Below, one piece after another: positions 38,927-47,089 of a stretch of 64,000 nucleotides of DNA. Position 1 is the first letter of the stretch. Each line of letters begins with the position of its first letter. The DNA is from Myxococcota bacterium (GTDB lineage: Bacteria; Myxococcota_A; SURF-8). The position numbers and the translations under genes were made by a program. A model generated the notes under the pieces. The model ran no database searches. It was not told the origin of the DNA and saw nothing but the letters and a program-made list of their open reading frames with translations. The stretch spans positions 2,240,001-2,304,000 of the forward strand of contig CAXXQS010000001.1 in the NCBI GenBank assembly GCA_963674735.2. Reading direction: 5' to 3'.

Positions 38927-41056
38927 TCACTCCTTCGGATTAGCAATGAGGATTCGTGCATCCAATGCCAAACAACCTTCACCCTGCTCATACGCTACGA
39001 GCGGGTTGATTTCGATATCCGTGATGTCCTCACACAATTGAATCAAGGCCCCGACCTTCAGAAGCGATTCGTGAATGGTCTGGATGTCCTTGGGCGCTTC
39101 ACCGCGAACGCCCAGCAGCAGGGGATACGAGCGGATCTCGCTGATCATGTCGTTGACTTCACGCTTCGTAATCGGCAGGCTGCGGAACGCCACGTCCTTC
39201 ATGACTTCAACGTAAATACCACCCAGTCCGAACATCAGAATCGGACCGAAAACACTGTCGCGGCGCGCACCGATGATCGTTTCGACACCCGGCTTCACCA
39301 TCTTGGCGATTTCGATGCCGTCGATCTTCGCGCTGCGGTCGTACTGGCGGCAGTTGTGCATGATCGCCTGATAGGCGTCGAGCACTTCCTCTTTATTGAG
39401 CAGGTCCAAGGCCACACCGCCCGCATCCGACTTATGCAGGATGTCGCGCGAGACGACCTTCATGACCACCGGGTAGCCGATTTCCTCGGCGTATTCGACG
39501 GCCTGTTTCAGGTTTTTGGCGATTCTGGATTCCGGAACCGGGATCCCGGCCGCCCGCATCATGTCCTGCGCTTCGGGAGCGAGCAGGAAGTTACGGCTGT
39601 CCTTGCGCACGCCCGCCACGATTTTGCGCACCGCCTCGATGTCGATTTGGTCTTTCATCAGATCGCGGGCATAGGCTTGATTCTTTGCACGCTTGCGATA
39701 GGCATGGGTGAAGTACAGGGCACCCATCACACTCACCGCTTCGTACACGTCATTGTAAACCGGCACACCCTTTTTACGCAGGGCATCGGCCGTACGCACC
39801 AGTTCCTCGCCGCCGAACAGCGAGAAGACGACGGGCTTTTTGCCTTCGTAAACGCGATATTTCTCTTCGATGGCCTGGGCCAGCTCGCGTTCATCCATGG
39901 TGGCCGTTTCGCAGTAAAGCGAAATGCAGGAATGAAAGTCCTCGTAATCGAAGGACGCCTGCAAGGCCTTTTTGTAATCCTCACCCGAGGCGGCGCCGGT
40001 GATATCGATGGGGTTTTTCACCGAGCCGAGTTCGGGAGTGGCGTTTCTGAATTTTTCGACCAGCACTTCGGCATCGTCGTACAGCTTGATGCCGTATTTT
40101 TCGCAGGCGTCGGTCGCCATAACGCCGATGCCGCCACCGTTGGTCACGATCGTGCAGTTCTCGCCGTCGAGAGGCGGGCTTTCGGCCAGGAAGGTGGCCC
40201 AGTTAAAGGCCTCCTGGATGCTCTCGGCCCGCAACACGCCGCATTGACGCATGATCGAATCGAAGATTTCGTCCGAGCCCGCCAGCGAACCGGTATGCGA
40301 GGCCACAGCCACCGCACCGCGTTTGGAACGACCGGACTTGATCACCACCACCGGCTTGCGAACGGTGGCGCGTTTCAGGGTCTCCACGAAACGCACGCCG
40401 TCTTTGACGCCTTCGATGTACATCAGGATGGTTTTGGTCTGCGGGTCGTCCACCAGATAATCCAGCAGATCCGACTCGTCGATGTCGGCTTTGTTGCCCA
40501 CCGAAACAATGGCGGAGAGCCCGATGTTTTCGGCGGCGGTTTTACCGATCATCGCAATACCGATGGCGCCGCTCTGCGTTACGATGGCCACATGCCCCGG
40601 GCAAATCTTGCCCGCCGAGAAAGTGGCGTTCATCTTGCTGTGGGCCACGTAGATTCCGAAGATGTTCGGACCCAGGATGCGAGTTCCGCGTTCTTTCGCG
40701 TACTCGGCAATTTTGTGTTCTTCTTCCGCGTTGCCGACTTCGGAAAATCCCGAAGTGATAATGGCAACGTTCCCCACGCCCTTATCCGCACAGTCCTTCA
40801 CCGCATCGAAGACATACTGAGACGGAACGGCAATGCAAGCCAGGTCGATCGGGACTTCAATGTCACGAACGGATTTGACCGACGGGTGCCCGAGCACCTC
40901 GCCGCCACGGGGGTTGACCGGGTAGATCCCGCCCTCGTAACCGCTTGTGACAATGTTCTGAACCAGCCGATAGCCAATCTTTGCTGGGTTCGTTGAAGCG
41001 CCGACAACTGCCACATTCCGAGGCTCGAATAGCAACTTGATGTTCGACTCCATCAC
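38927..41056 (-). CDS. ADP-forming acetate--CoA ligase, fused alpha/beta
   Basis: AVVGAS...KIG, GPNIFG, QSGA, ASHTGSLAG (alpha His), TNGGG, NPIDITG, ATP-grasp with ILHKSDAGGV, FGLGGIYVE, EINP. Confidence 0.92.
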   Translation of the reverse strand: MMESNIKLLFEPRNVAVVGASTNPAKIGYRLVQNIVTSGYEGGIYPVNPRGGEVLGHPSVKSVRDIEVPIDLACIAVPSQYVFDAVKDCADKGVGNVAIITSGFSEVGNAEEEHKIAEYAKERGTRILGPNIFGIYVAHSKMNATFSAGKICPGHVAIVTQSGAIGIAMIGKTAAENIGLSAIVSVGNKADIDESDLLDYLVDDPQTKTILMYIEGVKDGVRFVETLKRATVRKPVVVIKSGRSKRGAVAVASHTGSLAGSDEIFDSIMRQCGVLRAESIQEAFNWATFLAESPPLDGENCTIVTNGGGIGVMATDACEKYGIKLYDDAEVLVEKFRNATPELGSVKNPIDITGAASGEDYKKALQASFDYEDFHSCISLYCETATMDERELAQAIEEKYRVYEGKKPVVFSLFGGEELVRTADALRKKGVPVYNDVYEAVSVMGALYFTHAYRKRAKNQAYARDLMKDQIDIEAVRKIVAGVRKDSRNFLLAPEAQDMMRAAGIPVPESRIAKNLKQAVEYAEEIGYPVVMKVVSRDILHKSDAGGVALDLLNKEEVLDAYQAIMHNCRQYDRSAKIDGIEIAKMVKPGVETIIGARRDSVFGPILMFGLGGIYVEVMKDVAFRSLPITKREVNDMISEIRSYPLLLGVRGEAPKDIQTIHESLLKVGALIQLCEDITDIEINPLVAYEQGEGCLALDARILIANPKE

Positions 41057-42954
41057 GCTTCCTCTCTAAAACTCATAATCAACTCATACACTCCTTCTGA
41101 CCGCTTTCGCACGATATCGAAACCCATCTTTTCGAACAGGTGCATCATCGCTTCATTTTCCACAAGAACTTCCGCTGTAAATCCCAATTGTCCCTGCCGC
41201 TTGGCCAGGTACGTGATATATTTGACCAGTTCGGTTCCGATGCCGTTTCCCTGGTTGTCGTCTCGCACGACAAAGGCGACTTCGGAGGTGAGCTGATTGT
41301 TATCGATCCCGTATTGTCCCAATCCCACCACCAATTCTTTGTCGTTCTCCTGCTGCACGGTGGCGAGGATGATCAATTCACGCGTGAAGTCGATCACCAC
41401 GAAATCCTGCAAACGCTCGTGAGGCATATCGCGCTTCACCGAAATGAAACGGCGATACATGGTATTTTCCGAAAGCGAGTAGAAAAAATCTTTCAAAAGA
41501 GGTTCATCGCTGATTTTGACCGGCCGGTATGTCACGATCCGCCCGGCTTTGTCTTTGCGATGCATGATCAGGTGCTCGGGATACTCCCCGCGCTTGCCGG
41601 GCACGAAGGCCTGGTCCTGATAGATGTAGTTCCGTTTTTTGGCTTCCTGCAACAATTCGCCGCGGAACTTGGGATCGGCAATGGCGATCAGTTCCATGGT
41701 ACGCTCACGCACGTTCTTGCCGTGCAGATAGGCGATGCCGTACTCCGTCACCACATAATGGACATCGCCGCGCGTGAGCGTCACGCCCGCTCCTTCCTCG
41801 ATGGCCGGAACGATGCGCGAGATCGTGCCGTCTTCCGCCGTAGCGGGCAGGGTGAGGATGGTTTTGCCGCCCACGGACAGAACCGCGCCGCGCATGAAGT
41901 CGGCCTGACCGCCGATACCGCTGTAAAAGCGCTGGCCGATGGATTCGGCGGTGGCTTGACCGGTAAAGTCGATTTGCAACGCGGAGTTGATCGCCGTCAT
42001 GCGTCGCTGTTGCGCGATATTGAGCGGATTATTGGTGTAATCCACCGGTCGGAATTCAACCGAGGGATTGTCGTGAATGAACTCGTAGGTTTCGCGCGTT
42101 CCCATGCAGAAGCTGCACACCGTTTTATGGCGGTTGATGGTCTTGGTGGAATTGTCCACCACCCCGGCCTTCATCAGCCGCATCAACCCGTCGGAAAACA
42201 ACTCAGTATGAACGCCCAGATGTTTCTTTCCATGCAGGCTGTCCATGATGGCATTGGGAATGCTGCCGTAGCCCACCTGGATGATATCGCCGTCCGCAAC
42301 CAGTTGGGATACGTAATTGCCGATTCGCTGCGCCACGCCGTCGGGCACGGAATCGACATATTCCAGAAGCGGCTCTTCGTGCGCCACCAGATAATCGATT
42401 TGCTCCACATGCAGAAAGGAATCCCCATGCACGCGCGGCATGCGCGGATTGATCTGCGCAACGACCAGCGTCGCCGCCTCGACGGCCGCCTTGACGATAT
42501 CCACGCCGATTCCCAGGCTGACATAACCGTGTTCATCCGGCGACGACACCTGCACCAGCGCCACGTTCACCGGCACCAGCCCGCGACTGAAAAGCGAGGG
42601 CACCTGATGCAGAAAAACCGGGGCATAATCGGCCGCGCCCTCATTCACCGCCTCACGCGAGGTGTTGCCGATGAAAAAGGAGTTCAAACGAAAATTGTTT
42701 TTGAATTTTTTATCGGTGTAGGGAGCGATGCCAAGCGACCATACGTGCAACAGTTCGGCATCGAAGAACGCTTTGGGATGGGATTCCACGTAGTCGATCA
42801 GCAACTGCGTCAGATGTTGCGGCTCGCCGCAAGCGGTATGAATAAATATCCGCTCACCGGGGTGGATATTCGAAAATATTTTCTCGGGGCTGGCGAACTT
42901 CTCCGGATAAGCACCGCGTATGCCGTCGATATTCTTCTGCCATCTGTCCATCAT
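41053..42954 (-). CDS. Acetyl-CoA hydrolase/CoA-transferase fused to a C-terminal GNAT domain
   Basis: CGEPQ, QVSSPDEHGYVSLG, HTELFSDG (catalytic Glu), SGIGGQADF, VVTEYG; GNAT with YRRF, EVAFVV..QGNGIG, N..M..LF. Confidence 0.92.
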   Translation of the reverse strand: MMDRWQKNIDGIRGAYPEKFASPEKIFSNIHPGERIFIHTACGEPQHLTQLLIDYVESHPKAFFDAELLHVWSLGIAPYTDKKFKNNFRLNSFFIGNTSREAVNEGAADYAPVFLHQVPSLFSRGLVPVNVALVQVSSPDEHGYVSLGIGVDIVKAAVEAATLVVAQINPRMPRVHGDSFLHVEQIDYLVAHEEPLLEYVDSVPDGVAQRIGNYVSQLVADGDIIQVGYGSIPNAIMDSLHGKKHLGVHTELFSDGLMRLMKAGVVDNSTKTINRHKTVCSFCMGTRETYEFIHDNPSVEFRPVDYTNNPLNIAQQRRMTAINSALQIDFTGQATAESIGQRFYSGIGGQADFMRGAVLSVGGKTILTLPATAEDGTISRIVPAIEEGAGVTLTRGDVHYVVTEYGIAYLHGKNVRERTMELIAIADPKFRGELLQEAKKRNYIYQDQAFVPGKRGEYPEHLIMHRKDKAGRIVTYRPVKISDEPLLKDFFYSLSENTMYRRFISVKRDMPHERLQDFVVIDFTRELIILATVQQENDKELVVGLGQYGIDNNQLTSEVAFVVRDDNQGNGIGTELVKYITYLAKRQGQLGFTAEVLVENEAMMHLFEKMGFDIVRKRSEGVYELIMSFREEA

Positions 42955-43005
42955 GCATCCCTCTCGGTTTCAAGCCCATCACTGACCCAGCCGAAACCGC
43001 CAAGA

Positions 43006-43034
43006 CATATAGAGCATCGGGCTGGGGTTGTCAA
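43006..43034 (-). promoter_or_regulatory. Sigma70 promoter of the acyl-CoA operon
   Basis: Minus strand TTGACA-N17-TATATG about 50 nt upstream of the ATG. Confidence 0.55.
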
Positions 43035-43313
43035 GCCATTCCGCAATTAATTTAACGCAAAATACCCGTTATTCATAAGATCGTCCGTGCATCCTAACAC
43101 TTTAATTATTCTAACATAAAACGATGTCGCGCCGCATCATGAATCACTATTCACTTTCATTTTTACAGACTTTACAATTTTCGCCACCCATTGATGTCTC
43201 TTGCAAATTCTGTAATTATTAGAAAAAGTTATATGAATTTACTCAGAATTTTTGATAAAAGATGATATTCAATCAGCCTTGATTCCCGTTTTCAACCGCC
43301 GGAGGTAGTCACG

Positions 43314-45074
43314 ATGCGGATTCGATTTACTTATCTAATGATGCTGTGCATGCTGCTGACCGTCGGATGCGGGGGATCGGATTCCGATCCCGGCGAGACG
43401 GATGGCGATACCGACACCACCCCTTCGACCGACGGCGACGCGGAAAGCGATTCCGACGGCGACGCGCCGGCTGACGGCGACCCGGACGGCGACGCCGAAA
43501 GCGAGGTGGAGTGGGAGCCCGAAGCGCCGTCTTTCGCCATCGTGCCTTTCTTCCCCGCTACGGTCAATGCGGGCACGGCGCTGAGCGAAACCTTCACCGC
43601 CGAAAACGGGACCGAACCCTATACCAACTGGCGTGTGGTGCTGGGCGACTTGCCGAGCGGCGTCAGCCTCGACGCCGCAAGCGGTGTCCTCAGCGGAACG
43701 TCCGACACGGAGGGCTTTTATTATTTCGTCGTCGCGGTGGACGACGCCGCCGGGGAAACAGCCAAGGAGCTGTTCGGCCTACGCATCGGCGATCCCCAGG
43801 CCCAGGGAGCGATGGCCGCACGCGCCGACGCCTATCAGGACGTTTACGAAGCGCGCCACATCTGGGACGGCTGGGTGCTCAATTGTCGGCAGCCCGACGA
43901 TCCCAACGGCGACTACCAGCTCAGCACCTTCGGCGACAGCGCCTTCATGGGCGGTCAATGCACCGCGGCCATGGCCTTCCGCGACGCCGTTCTCGGCAGC
44001 CCCGAATCGGCGGCGGTCGTCAAAAGCAATGTGGACGCCTATCGCTTTTTCCAGCGTATGACCGGCGTTCCGGGCCTGATCGGTCGCAGTTTCGCCCACA
44101 AAGACTCCCCCTCCGAAGACGGCCAGTGGGATCAATTTTACCCCGATAACGAGAACCATCGCGGCGAAGGCGAATTCGCCGATTACTATTGGAAGGGCGA
44201 CACCAGCCGCGACCAGGTAACCGGCGCGGTTTTGGGTATGGCCATCGCCAACGACCTCGCCCGCGATCCGGAAACCCGGCAGACCGCCGCCACCTTCCTG
44301 TCCGAACTGGCCGACCACGTGTGGGACAACGGCCTCAAGATCATCGATGTGGACGGCGAAGTGACGCAATACGGCGAGTTGGACGGCATGAATTTCGAGG
44401 GGCTGCCGCTGGGCAACGGCCTCAATGCGGCTTGCCTGCTGGCCTGGATCAAAGCGGCGCATCACGCCACCGGCGAAGAACGCTTCGACCAGTATTATCG
44501 CGAGCTGCTTTTAGAGCGCGATTATATGGGTATCCTGCGCGACCACATGTGGGTCTACATGGCTTACAACACGGTCTGGTACAGCGCCTACATGGCCTAC
44601 GAAAACTTCTTCGTACTCATGCGCCTGGAGGAAGATCCCCAGCTTGCGCAGTCGCTGCGCGAGATTTTCCGCGACACCTTATGGCTGAACGTCGGCGACA
44701 CCACCCCCAACCGGCGCGGCGTCAAGGAACACAATCCGGTGAAAACGGCCTGGTATCTCTATTCCACCGGCGAGCGCGATCCGGAAGCGCTGTATTACGC
44801 CCTCTGGCAGACGGTGGTCTTCCCCGAAGCGCCGCTGCGCGACCGCCATGTCGAAAACAGCAGCAACCCCGATATCGTGAAAAATCCCGACGAGCCCAGC
44901 GAGTCGCTGGAGCCCCTGGCCTCCTACCAGCGCAAGCCCGACATGGTGATCTGGCACCGCAACCCTTACGAATTGGACGGCGGAGCCGACAGCGGCGAAG
45001 AACGCACCGGCTGCGACTACATGCTGCCCTATTGGATGGGACGCTACTACGGATTCATCAGCGAAGAGTGGTAA
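43314..45074 (+). CDS. Lipoprotein: acidic tether, putative Ig (He_PIG) domain, uncharacterised helical domain
   Basis: Lipobox TVGC; GTEPYTNW....GDLPSGVSLD..SGVLSGT Ig motif; TGVPGLIGRS, WKGDTSRDQ, DYMLPYWMGRYYG; RBS GGAGG. Confidence 0.78.
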   Translation: MRIRFTYLMMLCMLLTVGCGGSDSDPGETDGDTDTTPSTDGDAESDSDGDAPADGDPDGDAESEVEWEPEAPSFAIVPFFPATVNAGTALSETFTAENGTEPYTNWRVVLGDLPSGVSLDAASGVLSGTSDTEGFYYFVVAVDDAAGETAKELFGLRIGDPQAQGAMAARADAYQDVYEARHIWDGWVLNCRQPDDPNGDYQLSTFGDSAFMGGQCTAAMAFRDAVLGSPESAAVVKSNVDAYRFFQRMTGVPGLIGRSFAHKDSPSEDGQWDQFYPDNENHRGEGEFADYYWKGDTSRDQVTGAVLGMAIANDLARDPETRQTAATFLSELADHVWDNGLKIIDVDGEVTQYGELDGMNFEGLPLGNGLNAACLLAWIKAAHHATGEERFDQYYRELLLERDYMGILRDHMWVYMAYNTVWYSAYMAYENFFVLMRLEEDPQLAQSLREIFRDTLWLNVGDTTPNRRGVKEHNPVKTAWYLYSTGERDPEALYYALWQTVVFPEAPLRDRHVENSSNPDIVKNPDEPSESLEPLASYQRKPDMVIWHRNPYELDGGADSGEERTGCDYMLPYWMGRYYGFISEEW

Positions 45075-45077
45075 GAA

Positions 45078-45103
45078 ACGCGCTCCGCAAGTCGGGCGCG
45101 CGT
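45078..45103. terminator. GC-rich hairpin downstream of the lipoprotein stop codon
   Basis: ACGCGCTCCG-CAAGT-CGGGCGCGCGT imperfect stem; abuts the duplicated lactonase stop codon. Confidence 0.5.
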
Positions 45104-45145
45104 CATGGAATGGAGTCCTGCGCTCCGACGGCGATATCGTGCAGC
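45103..45145. repeat. Direct repeat copy 1 (43 bp, identical to 46114-46156)
   Basis: TCATGGAATGGAGTCCTGCGCTCCGACGGCGATATCGTGCAGC is present at both positions. Confidence 0.95.
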
Positions 45146-45152
45146 ATTCGCC

Positions 45153-45286
45153 GGAGCATGGCTCTGTCATGCTCCACATGCTCGTCTAACACCCTATCCG
45201 TTGAAGCATGGTCTCCCGACCTGCTCCACACGCTTGTCTTATACTTCGTAGTTGTTTTTGTCGTACAGCAAATCTGTCCGACCTAC
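45153..45286 (-). repeat. Three REP-like hairpins with a GT(A/G)G foot
   Basis: Minus strand: GTAG-GTCGGACAG-N5-CTGTACGAC (45260-45286), GTGG-AGCAGGTC-N4-GACCATGCT (45203-45229), GTGG-AGCATGAC-N3-GCCATGCTCC (45153-45177). Confidence 0.7.
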
Positions 45287-45290
45287 AGGT

Positions 45291-45995
45291 CTATTCTCCA
45301 GCCATTTTCTGTTTTTGGGTGGACGAAATTTGTGGTAGGCGCTTTAACAACTTTTGCGCTCTTTGACGAACAAGCGCACTTGGGTCATTTCCGGCGACTT
45401 TTTGTACAAATTTGCGGTCTTCGCTTGTTGCTAAATGCCATAAGGTGTTGAGGATTTCAATTTTGCGTTCAGCACCTTTATAAAAGGTGTGAAAATGGGC
45501 AACGTCCTTGTTTTCAAACTGCTCAATCAGTAGCGGAACCACCCGGCGATCACCCAATGATGCAAAATACCACGGCACGCACCCAATATTTTTTTCGTAT
45601 TCCAACAACCCTTTAAACGTATCATGTTTGCCGGCATTTTTAATGCCAAAACGCGCCAATATCATGTAGCATTCACTCAAACGTTCCTGCTTATCCAACA
45701 AAATTGAGCATGCTTTTTGAATACGCCCTCTGCGAGGTGATAATCGGTGGTTTTCAATTGTTCTTTCGGCAGTTGGTCCAGCCCATCGGTTAGTTTCATA
45801 ATTACGAACATTGCCTAGGCACCAAAGAAAGGGTGTTTGCCGGTTGTCGGTTTTTCGTATACCAGCAGCAACCTCAAGCGCTTGCACGTAATATTCTTCG
45901 GTATGCAGACATTCACCCGCCCACACAGCACAAGTAAGGGTGATAAGCAACCCAGTAACGGCAGCAAAAAATGGCAATTTAGCTATACTATGCAT
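45291..45995 (-). CDS. Exported hypothetical protein with a HEAT-like C-terminus, AT-rich
   Basis: RBS AGGA before ATG 45995; signal peptide ending VWA-G; LGDRRVVPLLI and NDPSALVRQRAQKLL are HEAT-like; visibly lower GC than the flanks. Confidence 0.65.
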   Translation of the reverse strand: MHSIAKLPFFAAVTGLLITLTCAVWAGECLHTEEYYVQALEVAAGIRKTDNRQTPFLWCLGNVRNYETNRWAGPTAERTIENHRLSPRRGRIQKACSILLDKQERLSECYMILARFGIKNAGKHDTFKGLLEYEKNIGCVPWYFASLGDRRVVPLLIEQFENKDVAHFHTFYKGAERKIEILNTLWHLATSEDRKFVQKVAGNDPSALVRQRAQKLLKRLPQISSTQKQKMAGE

Positions 45996-46113
45996 GGTAA
46001 CGATCCTAAACAAATGAAGCAATAGCCGGGGTGGATCAGGCAAATGTTTACCCGACACATCTATTTCGTCATGTCGCTTTATTAAGAATCGCAATCCGTA
46101 ATCCGGGCGCACA

Positions 46114-46156
46114 TCATGGAATGGAGTCCTGCGCTCCGACGGCGATATCGTGCAGC
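46114..46156. repeat. Direct repeat copy 2 (3' end of the lactonase-family gene)
   Basis: Encodes LHDIAVGAQDSIP* on the minus strand. Confidence 0.95.
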
Positions 46157-46830
46157 GGAATCAGAATATCGGCCTTGAAATCCAGCACCCGCTGCATGCT
46201 GTCGTAAGCCTGCCGTGCGTCCAGGTGAACGCCGGGAATGACGCCCGGTCGCCCCTTCGGAAAATTCGCCGCATTGCAGCAATACCCGGTAATCAGCGCC
46301 TTTCCCTTGGCGGTCGGCACGACGATCGACTGCCCGCCCGGCGTGTGGCCCGGTGTGAACAGCACCGAAAGCCCATCGAACAGCGGCGCGTCCCCCTCCA
46401 CGGTTTCGACCTTCACACCGTCGAGAATATCGGGATAGATCCGGTGATCGAGGGGATGCGGATTCTGTAAAAACTCCAGTTCCGCTTTTTGCACATACAC
46501 CGTGGCATTGACGCACAGTTGATCGTTCTCGCAATGATCGTTGTGCAAATGCGTATGGATGATGACCTCCACGTCTTCGGGTTTCCAGCCGATGGAGGCC
46601 AGCGCCTCCTCGAAGGACTGCACCTTGAAACCGTATTGATCTTCCACACCCGGCGGGACAAAGACGTTTTCCAATCCGGTGTCGATCAGGATTTTGCGTG
46701 GACCGCCCAGCAGAGCAAAGACATAGATGGGCAGGTGAATCCGTTCGCCGTAATGCTGCAGGTAAGTCATGACGCCCTGGTCGGTTTCGTTCAATCCCAC
46801 CACCAGAGGCTTGATCGTGTAGTGTGTCAT
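46114..46830 (-). CDS. Metallo-beta-lactamase fold hydrolase, N-acyl-homoserine lactonase family
   Basis: ILIDTG, HTHLHNDH (HxHxDH), YVQKAE, TPGHTPGGQS, IPLHD. Confidence 0.88.
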   Translation of the reverse strand: MTHYTIKPLVVGLNETDQGVMTYLQHYGERIHLPIYVFALLGGPRKILIDTGLENVFVPPGVEDQYGFKVQSFEEALASIGWKPEDVEVIIHTHLHNDHCENDQLCVNATVYVQKAELEFLQNPHPLDHRIYPDILDGVKVETVEGDAPLFDGLSVLFTPGHTPGGQSIVVPTAKGKALITGYCCNAANFPKGRPGVIPGVHLDARQAYDSMQRVLDFKADILIPLHDIAVGAQDSIP

Positions 46831-47089
46831 GCTTCGCTCTCTTCTCCCAAAGTCGGTTTCGGTTTCCATTCGTCTGAATTGTAGGCATATTTTCGTTCGT
46901 TGTCGAATTTATCGATCAGCCTCCAGCGAACTCACCTTCGCCTGCGGGAGAAGGCCCGCGCTCCAACGGGGTACTACCATAGTAACCCTCACCCCCGCTT
47001 GAAAAGACCGTTCAAAATGAATTGACGCTTGTTGGTGGGTTGGATAATAATGAGGGGTTAACGATCTTCGAAACCATATTGAGGGACTC

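Noticed and set aside
37982-43050. Very long plus-strand ORFs (1004 aa and 636 aa)
   Set aside because: They are antisense shadows of well-supported minus-strand genes, have no motifs, and are expected from high-GC codon bias. The same applies to 6850-7902, 47012-48718, 54708-55985 and 59924-61390.
43045-43120. dif/Xer site (ATTTAACGCAA, CTAACATAA); also TATGTTAA near 58519
   Set aside because: Only partial XerD-like arms, with no XerC arm at 6-bp spacing.
45184-45206. Integron attC (GTCTAAC...GTTGAAG) beside the AT-rich gene
   Set aside because: Far too short, imperfect R' box, and no integron integrase in the window.
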